A stretch of 64,000 nucleotides of DNA from a virus. How positions within the stretch are numbered: position 1 is the first letter of the stretch; each line of letters starts with the position of its first letter. Where the stretch lies: the IMG/VR virus record IMGVR_UViG_2706795428_000001, positions 46,838 through 110,837 of that record, one strand, 5' to 3'. Below the pieces are notes generated by a model. The model had not been told where the DNA came from, did no database searches, and saw only the letters and a program-made list of their open reading frames with translations. Below, in pieces: positions 57,829-64,000 of the stretch. The translations under genes were made by a program, and so were the position numbers.

Positions 57829-58179
57829 TCACCATGTTGTATATTTTTGAACAGTGTAGTATGTATAATCATCATAATAATATGGATCGTATGTAGTTAG
57901 AATTTGAGTATAGGATTGATATGCTGTGATAAATTCTTTAGGCCCATAAGAGTAATAATATGTTGCTCTAAAATTTGTATTATACAGAGTTCCACCAGAT
58001 CCTACTATAACATCCCAAGTAACTCTAGACGTATACCATATATCATATACAGTTGTCGGTCGCTGAACATTTACCGTATATGATGTATAATACGAACCGC
58101 CAGGATCGTATTTTGTAGTAAGACGTGAAGTCAGGTATGTTGTAAGACGCAATCCTGCAGTAAGAAGTTTTTTACTCAT
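57829..58179 (-). CDS. Thr/Tyr-rich low-complexity protein
   Basis: Quasi-repeats such as TTYLTSRLTT, YYTSYT, WYTSRVT. Confidence 0.55.
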   Translation of the reverse strand: MSKKLLTAGLRLTTYLTSRLTTKYDPGGSYYTSYTVNVQRPTTVYDIWYTSRVTWDVIVGSGGTLYNTNFRATYYYSYGPKEFITAYQSYTQILTTYDPYYYDDYTYYTVQKYTTW

Positions 58180-59126
58180 CAGGTCGATCCTGAGAAAAAC
58201 GCCGAGATGACTCCAGAAGTATTTGCTGCGTCAGTTGTTTGGAAAGTGCAGGTGCTAATTGTATTAGCTGCGTAAGTGAATGTTGGTGGTAGACCTCCAG
58301 CCCATTTATGGGTTGATGGCCATGTGATCGGATAGACGGTATTCGAAGTCGTCTTGAAACGAATTTGCCATGTGACAAGTTCTCCAGAAATGGGTCGATT
58401 GTTCAAAATAATCGAAGTGATCGGAGAATTAAGCGTAACTTCAAATACACCAGAAGAAGCAAGATCAAGAGTAAGAGTGTTTGAAGAAATTGTTGGAGTA
58501 GCAACAGTTTCTCTTATAGTCTTGAAAGTAAAGTTGTAAGCGGCATTCAAAGTATTACCTGAAGTGCTCCAAGAAAGAATATTTGCTCCAGTATTCGAAA
58601 CCAATGCCCAGGTTCCATTAGAACCGATAACAGTTCTAAAAGTATTGGCTGTTTCAGTAATAGTTGTCTGAAGTGTATTAGAAGAAACGTTTACAGCTGG
58701 AGTAGTTGTATTTGCAACTCTACCCAAAACACCAACTGAACTATTTGCTGTTACAAAGCCGTTACCTACTGTAAGTGTTCCTGTATTTTCAGTAGTAATT
58801 GTAGCAACATTGATTACAGCATTAGAAATGTTTGATGTGTTGAAAGTTGCAACGTTTGCGGTAACGTTTGCAGCCATTGCAACGTTTGTAGAAATATTAA
58901 GAGTGTTCGAAGTAGTTGTATTACCACCCCGAAGAGTTCCAACAATGATAGCAGTTTGACTTTGAAATGAACCATTAATCAGAACATCACCAGTATTAAT
59001 ATCTGGTGAAAATGTTACAACGGCATTACCCAAATCGGACGAAACTGCGTTGAGTCTATCCAACATATTAGCAAACGTCGTAGTATTAGGAACCAGATTG
59101 GCGCCAACATAAACCGATTTTGCCAT
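58179..59126 (-). CDS. fibre/whisker-like virion protein
   Basis: N/T-rich repeats; C-terminal TLDL....F..TL...ITWP...WAGG..PT fibre-tip-like domain. Confidence 0.6.
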   Translation of the reverse strand: MAKSVYVGANLVPNTTTFANMLDRLNAVSSDLGNAVVTFSPDINTGDVLINGSFQSQTAIIVGTLRGGNTTTSNTLNISTNVAMAANVTANVATFNTSNISNAVINVATITTENTGTLTVGNGFVTANSSVGVLGRVANTTTPAVNVSSNTLQTTITETANTFRTVIGSNGTWALVSNTGANILSWSTSGNTLNAAYNFTFKTIRETVATPTISSNTLTLDLASSGVFEVTLNSPITSIILNNRPISGELVTWQIRFKTTSNTVYPITWPSTHKWAGGLPPTFTYAANTISTCTFQTTDAANTSGVISAFFSGST

Positions 59127-59327
59127 CTATTCCAAGACTCCAAATTTATTTTCAATGAACTTTTTGAGAAACGAAACTTCTTGTTCAAGTTTCTCAATTC
59201 GTTCTGAAATCATTTCCTGTTCTTTGAGCTTAGCTCTGAACTTTTTACGCCGTTCTAAAGCTCCGTCATCAATACTTATAAGAGCCTTTGACTTCTTATC
59301 TCGGGTAAAGGCATCACTCTTAAACAC
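59127..59327 (-). CDS. small coiled-coil protein conserved in T4-like baseplate regions
   Basis: RD..SKALI..D...R.K...I..L..EV..LK. Confidence 0.55.
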   Translation of the reverse strand: MFKSDAFTRDKKSKALISIDDGALERRKKFRAKLKEQEMISERIEKLEQEVSFLKKFIENKFGVLE

Positions 59328-61683
59328 TTAGAGCAATACCTTGAACACTATCGACAATAGGAACAATATTTGTAGTATTTGCAGTTAGAACAATTTTCAA
59401 AGCAAACGTTTTGAAAGTATCATAGTAACCAGAATTTGCAGTGAAATAACGAATTACTCCAGAGTTGTTATTGTTCTTGAATGCTGTATAAGGAGTACTC
59501 AATGGAGCAATTGTGGCAGTAGAAGAGTTTGAAAAAGCATTGCTTGTCAAAGTCATGGAAGTATTTGAAGTGATCGTATTGATTCTTACGATATCGAATG
59601 TATTCAGACCAGTGCTTAGTTTAACAATTTGCCCGTTTGAGAATGATGTTTGGAACGTTGTATTAACACCTACAACGTTCGCAGTATTTGATGCGATTGT
59701 AACAACTCCAGGAGCAGTATTTCCAGTAGGAGGGCTTGTTGGTACAGAATATTCAAGAGTGACATAGTTTGTCATATTCTGAAGATCTGAATACTGTGCA
59801 TTACTAGAAATATTAAGTTTTGTCCATTGTGCATCATTAATAGCAGTTGTATCTGCACTGTTCAACACTTTAGCATAAACTGAAATATCTGTTCCGACGG
59901 GTCTCCATGCCTGAACATATACTTTCAAATCTTCTGCGTCTGTATTCAGAGTAGAAACTGGTGACGGCCATTTTGCGAGAGCATTGCCAGATTTCAGATT
60001 TTCATTGGTCTCATCATTATTGATAGTATATCCGTAAATCGCCAATCCAGAATTCAAAATTTTGAATTCTGGAGTCGCAACAGAATTTGCTGAAACAAAA
60101 TTAAGAGTCATTGTCAAACTCTTATTGCCCGAATTGTAAAGCAATTCGTTCGATTTTGACGCAACGACAACTGGAGCTTCAAGAATATCGTTTGCTGAAT
60201 CTAGATCAAATTCTTTGGTGATATATCCAGAGAAATCTGATTTTAAAATTGATCCAGTAAAAACAACATCAGTTTCATTCAGAAGAGTATGATCAATAAC
60301 AGAACTGAATCGATTGACAGTTTGGTTATCTACCGAAACAATTTTAGCAGTTGCCCCCGAATCTGCTCCAACGATTGTAGTGTTAGAAACAAAATAAAAC
60401 GAAGTGTTTGATGCAGTAGAATCTTCAAGATGAAGCTTTTTACTCAGTACATCTTTGAAAGCGACAGTTCCTGACGGAACTTTTTGATATACAGCAACAG
60501 TATTCGAGAACATTGGAAGATCTTGAACAGTAAGTTGTGTATTGTTCGCAATGGAATTGATTTTCAGAACATCAATATCAGTATTAGAATTGATAAGTGT
60601 AATGAAATCGCCATTCGAAAACGAAGTCGTGAAAGTTGTATTTGTTCCTACAAGAATATTAGAATTTGATGAAAGAGAAATCGTTCCATTAGAATTGTTT
60701 GCAGAAAGTTGAGCAACTTTTTCACCAACAATGAATTCTGTTGTAGTAGTATTTGCAAGAGTCAAATACTCATAATCTTTATTTGTAAGAGTTACAGATC
60801 CACTCGAAGCAAATGTCGCAGTATACAGATTGAATTTAATTGTTTCTCCAGGAATAGGAGTCCAATTACTTGAATTTGTAGGAAGAAATAGGTTACCTTT
60901 ACCCCAAGAATCAGAATATGGTTTTAGAGTTGATACATCTACCCCTGAACTTTCTGCAGCCCAGATCGAATAATTCACTGAACCGCTATCAGGAATAATA
61001 GAAATTGAATAGTACGATCCTGCTTTGACGTAAAGAGGGGCAGCGAATGAAAAGATAGTAGAAGTTTGACCGTCAGTAGACGTATTGATTTCAGCAGAAG
61101 TCTTATGACATTTACTTGAAAGATACGATGTTCTTGTTGGCGTTGAATTTGTTACTGTTCTAATTTCTACAGCAAGACCAAGATTGGCATCTTTATCTGA
61201 AAAGAAAGTTTCAAATTTCGTAATATAGATTCCATCTTTACCTTTACACATTTCAGGAGAAACGTAAAAAGTTTGCGAAAATGGATCAGTTTGAGAAGTG
61301 TTATCACTATTCGCGATAGGCGTTAAATCTCTACCCGAATACGAAGTCGATGAAGTTGTAGACGTATCTTTATATGAAGTATAAATCAATTCTGCTCGAG
61401 AAGTATAATCATCCCCAAGACCATCTTGAATTGCAAGAATTTTTGTGCCTGTTAGAAAAGTGCTTGGTGGAACAAAAAATCTACCATAAATTTCACCGCG
61501 TGAATTGGATACCAATTGGTCCCCGCGCCGCCCAGAAATTGAATTAGCATCACTTTTTGGTTTGATATATTCGTCTACAAGAGTTCCCGAAAAATAGACG
61601 TGCATATTCGCATTGGGGCGAAGGCCATATGCGAAGAAATCAATCTTTTGTCCTCGCATAAATGGAACGATACTGTCTACCAT
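59320..61683 (-). CDS. baseplate/tail structural protein (VrlC C-terminal-like)
   Basis: IVPFMR...GLRPN, DPFSQTFYV...GIYITKFETFFS.KD, PIV. Confidence 0.75.
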   Translation of the reverse strand: MVDSIVPFMRGQKIDFFAYGLRPNANMHVYFSGTLVDEYIKPKSDANSISGRRGDQLVSNSRGEIYGRFFVPPSTFLTGTKILAIQDGLGDDYTSRAELIYTSYKDTSTTSSTSYSGRDLTPIANSDNTSQTDPFSQTFYVSPEMCKGKDGIYITKFETFFSDKDANLGLAVEIRTVTNSTPTRTSYLSSKCHKTSAEINTSTDGQTSTIFSFAAPLYVKAGSYYSISIIPDSGSVNYSIWAAESSGVDVSTLKPYSDSWGKGNLFLPTNSSNWTPIPGETIKFNLYTATFASSGSVTLTNKDYEYLTLANTTTTEFIVGEKVAQLSANNSNGTISLSSNSNILVGTNTTFTTSFSNGDFITLINSNTDIDVLKINSIANNTQLTVQDLPMFSNTVAVYQKVPSGTVAFKDVLSKKLHLEDSTASNTSFYFVSNTTIVGADSGATAKIVSVDNQTVNRFSSVIDHTLLNETDVVFTGSILKSDFSGYITKEFDLDSANDILEAPVVVASKSNELLYNSGNKSLTMTLNFVSANSVATPEFKILNSGLAIYGYTINNDETNENLKSGNALAKWPSPVSTLNTDAEDLKVYVQAWRPVGTDISVYAKVLNSADTTAINDAQWTKLNISSNAQYSDLQNMTNYVTLEYSVPTSPPTGNTAPGVVTIASNTANVVGVNTTFQTSFSNGQIVKLSTGLNTFDIVRINTITSNTSMTLTSNAFSNSSTATIAPLSTPYTAFKNNNNSGVIRYFTANSGYYDTFKTFALKIVLTANTTNIVPIVDSVQGIALSV

Positions 61684-61699
61684 TAGAATTCCTTAAAGA

Positions 61700-64000
61700 T
61701 TACGTTGGAGTATAGTAATTAGATTTTGGTGTTAGGCCATATTGAGCGAAAAACTCGTCGGTAATGACATCATCGAATGCTTTGCCGTCAATTGTAGCAT
61801 TTGGTAATGCTCCAGTAATTGCAGCATCCCACCACGATTTCGCAGCGCTTCTCATTTGATCTTGAGTGACTGAAGTATCGCCGCCGATATATAACGAACC
61901 ATCTGCTTTACTTCCATCATACAGATAGTAAACCCAATCAGGAATTGGGGAAATCGTTGTTGTAGGTGGTGTCGTAATATCAGGATATGGGTCATAGTCT
62001 ACAGGAACAGTAATTACAGGATTGTTCCAGTTCGGTGAAAGTGAAATTTGGCGTTTCTTTGAAGCGATTGGTTGAGAAATTGCAACAGATTCAGTAAACG
62101 CAAGAGTCATCACGTTATTACCAGAAACTGTAACATTAGAAGTATTTGAAACTTGTAGACCGACGAATCCGTTTTGAATTCTTGGTCGAATTGTCGTTTC
62201 ATTCGGATCAAGAGCTACTGAAGTTTCGGAATCTGAGAAATTGATAGCATTAAGACTCGAGAAATCTTCGACGTATACTCCATTTTTGACAAGTTCATAT
62301 CCATTGGAATCAAGGAATACTTTTTCAACTGCCTGTTTTTCTAGGAGACTCAGAGAAACGTAGTATTCGACGTTCTGTAGACGTCGATCAAGTGATTCAA
62401 TATTCTTCATGGTATAACGTTGAATTTGAGTAGAATTCACTGATGAAGAATAAGCAGGATTTCCTCCAAGAGCAATTTCTTTTGCACTTAATGAAGGATA
62501 AGGTGCGACTGAAATTTCACCAAGAGTCATTGAGCCATTGACATCTGATGGTGGAGTAGGAATTGCCGCAGGAACTCCTTCAAGAACTGAAAGATTTCCA
62601 TAGATATCTAGAAGAAGTTTATCAACTCTACCTTGAAAATATTGAAGACTTGAAGAAAACAATTGATTTGGAGCCACTACATACTTTTCAATTGCACCAA
62701 AAGAAGAGTTACTCGAAGGATTGATAGTAGCAGATGCTGCTGTATTTGCATAAACTGCAGTATTCGCAACAACGGGTCTGAAATCGATATAGTTACGAAG
62801 ATTGTAATTTTGATTTGTAGTTGGTGATGTATAGATAGGAATTGTTGCAGTTGTGATCGCAGTGGCATTTGCCGTATTAGCATCATCAATTGGATAAGAA
62901 TCAACAGTAAAGAAACCTTGCCCGATCGACGAAGAAGGCTTGAATGCTGAAAGTTTTACCAAAAGATTATCAGTATTTGAAAGAACTAATCCAGAGCCAG
63001 GTTTAATCTTAAGATAGCTTAGATCATAATAAGCGTCCCGTTGACCTGTATCGAAAACAAATTTGTCCGAGATATTTGTTGTATTCGATTCTACATAGGT
63101 ATTCGAACGATAAACACCTTCAATTTTGAAAACATCAGGAATACCCAAAGACCATGGACCTAGAGTGTTCGCAACGTTATTTGAGCAACTGATTTTCACA
63201 TAATGAGATTTCTTGACTTCTTTAGCAATTTCTGTTGCAGGAGTTTTCTTGATATCAAAAAGAACAGCGCAGTCAAGGTTTGCTGAAAGAGTTTCAGTGG
63301 AGTTTCCTGAAGTCAACAGATTGATTGTCATACTTGTCGTATTTGATAACACGATCGTTGAATTTCTATTGACAATCGGTATAGGAACATTCGGAGGAAA
63401 ATATCGAAAATGATCATTCGCAGAAACATCAGAACCGATACCAGCTCGAACGACCATTGAAGTATTATTTGAAATCGATAGAATTTCTCGGGCCGTATTT
63501 CCAGAATTGATATAGTCACCAACTTGATATTGACTCAAGAATGAAGTTGAAGAACCTGTAACAAGACCCGATGATGCGTTAATTGAAACAGTACCACTTT
63601 TTATCACTGAACTGTTTGCACCATTCGATGGAACGATAATTACAGAAGCTTCTTGGGTTTCGTTTAGAGTTCCGATACCATATGGAAATGATTCATCTCC
63701 AGTAAGAGTAATTGGGCCAAGAATGCCATTTGTTAAAATTTTACTGGTTGTATTTGATCCACGATAAATGTACTGATTGTTATTATTCGCACCTTCACGA
63801 AGACTTTTGATGGCATTTTGCCCAAGACTAAAAAGGAGAGTCGAAAAATCAGTCTCTTTTAGAACCGCCTTGGAATTTTCTAAAACAGCATTACCGATAC
63901 CAGTAATAGTTGAACTGAATGATGCTAATGAACGAACATTAGAAAATGATTGCCCGGAATTCATTTGAATATCAGTCAAATATAGACGATAAACTGCTGC
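61700..64000 (-). CDS. large baseplate/tail protein (VrlC/DUF4815-like), continues beyond the window end
   Basis: FDTGQRDAYYD, LRNYIDFRP, RYTMKNI..LD.RL.NVEYY.SLSLLE; frame open past 64000. Confidence 0.75.
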   Translation of the reverse strand, partial: AAVYRLYLTDIQMNSGQSFSNVRSLASFSSTITGIGNAVLENSKAVLKETDFSTLLFSLGQNAIKSLREGANNNNQYIYRGSNTTSKILTNGILGPITLTGDESFPYGIGTLNETQEASVIIVPSNGANSSVIKSGTVSINASSGLVTGSSTSFLSQYQVGDYINSGNTAREILSISNNTSMVVRAGIGSDVSANDHFRYFPPNVPIPIVNRNSTIVLSNTTSMTINLLTSGNSTETLSANLDCAVLFDIKKTPATEIAKEVKKSHYVKISCSNNVANTLGPWSLGIPDVFKIEGVYRSNTYVESNTTNISDKFVFDTGQRDAYYDLSYLKIKPGSGLVLSNTDNLLVKLSAFKPSSSIGQGFFTVDSYPIDDANTANATAITTATIPIYTSPTTNQNYNLRNYIDFRPVVANTAVYANTAASATINPSSNSSFGAIEKYVVAPNQLFSSSLQYFQGRVDKLLLDIYGNLSVLEGVPAAIPTPPSDVNGSMTLGEISVAPYPSLSAKEIALGGNPAYSSSVNSTQIQRYTMKNIESLDRRLQNVEYYVSLSLLEKQAVEKVFLDSNGYELVKNGVYVEDFSSLNAINFSDSETSVALDPNETTIRPRIQNGFVGLQVSNTSNVTVSGNNVMTLAFTESVAISQPIASKKRQISLSPNWNNPVITVPVDYDPYPDITTPPTTTISPIPDWVYYLYDGSKADGSLYIGGDTSVTQDQMRSAAKSWWDAAITGALPNATIDGKAFDDVITDEFFAQYGLTPKSNYYTPT

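Noticed and set aside
81-63968. Many 60-130 aa ORFs overlapping core genes on the opposite strand or in alternate frames
   Set aside because: No SD or promoter support, no motifs, and fully nested in well-supported genes
1-64000. CRISPR array or long tandem repeats
   Set aside because: No regularly spaced direct repeats seen; the repeated elements are dispersed promoter/leader motifs
59320-64000. Split of the VrlC-like protein as a frameshift
   Set aside because: The downstream ORF has its own SD (AAGGAA) and ATG after a clean stop, consistent with two genuine genes

Overview
A 64 kb segment of a T4-like myovirus genome. It is AT-rich (mid-30s % GC by eye) and the core genes lie almost entirely on the minus strand. 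The host is inferred to be an alphaproteobacterium, from a GapR/DUF2312 gene, a stand-alone ClpX zinc-binding domain and an RcGTA spike-base-like gene. Left half: a PD-(D/E)xK exonuclease, a large putative DNA-hypermodification region, then regA-gp62-gp44-gp45, gp46/47 and gp55. The hypermodification region holds a TET/JBP dioxygenase, a TET-associated glycosyltransferase, an aGPT-PPlase-like DNA transferase, a P-loop kinase and two dNTP pyrophosphohydrolases, and unexpectedly a myo-inositol-1-phosphate synthase and a HAD phosphatase. Middle: a tyrosine recombinase next to a sharply GC-rich captured beta-helix gene, uvsW, uvsY, gp3, and two tRNA genes, one of them a tRNA-Leu(CAA) with a 73-nt structured insertion in the anticodon loop. 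Right half: the head, tail, terminase, neck and baseplate module (gp23, 22, 21, 68, 67, 20, 19, 18, 17, 16, 15, 14, 13, VrlC-like) with two free-standing homing-endonuclease-like genes. Plus-strand islands of small early genes, each behind a TTTACW-N17-TAGAGT promoter, are interspersed among the core genes. All product calls come from motif recognition by eye; no database searches were run. Three +1 homopolymer frameshifts suggest some sequencing error.
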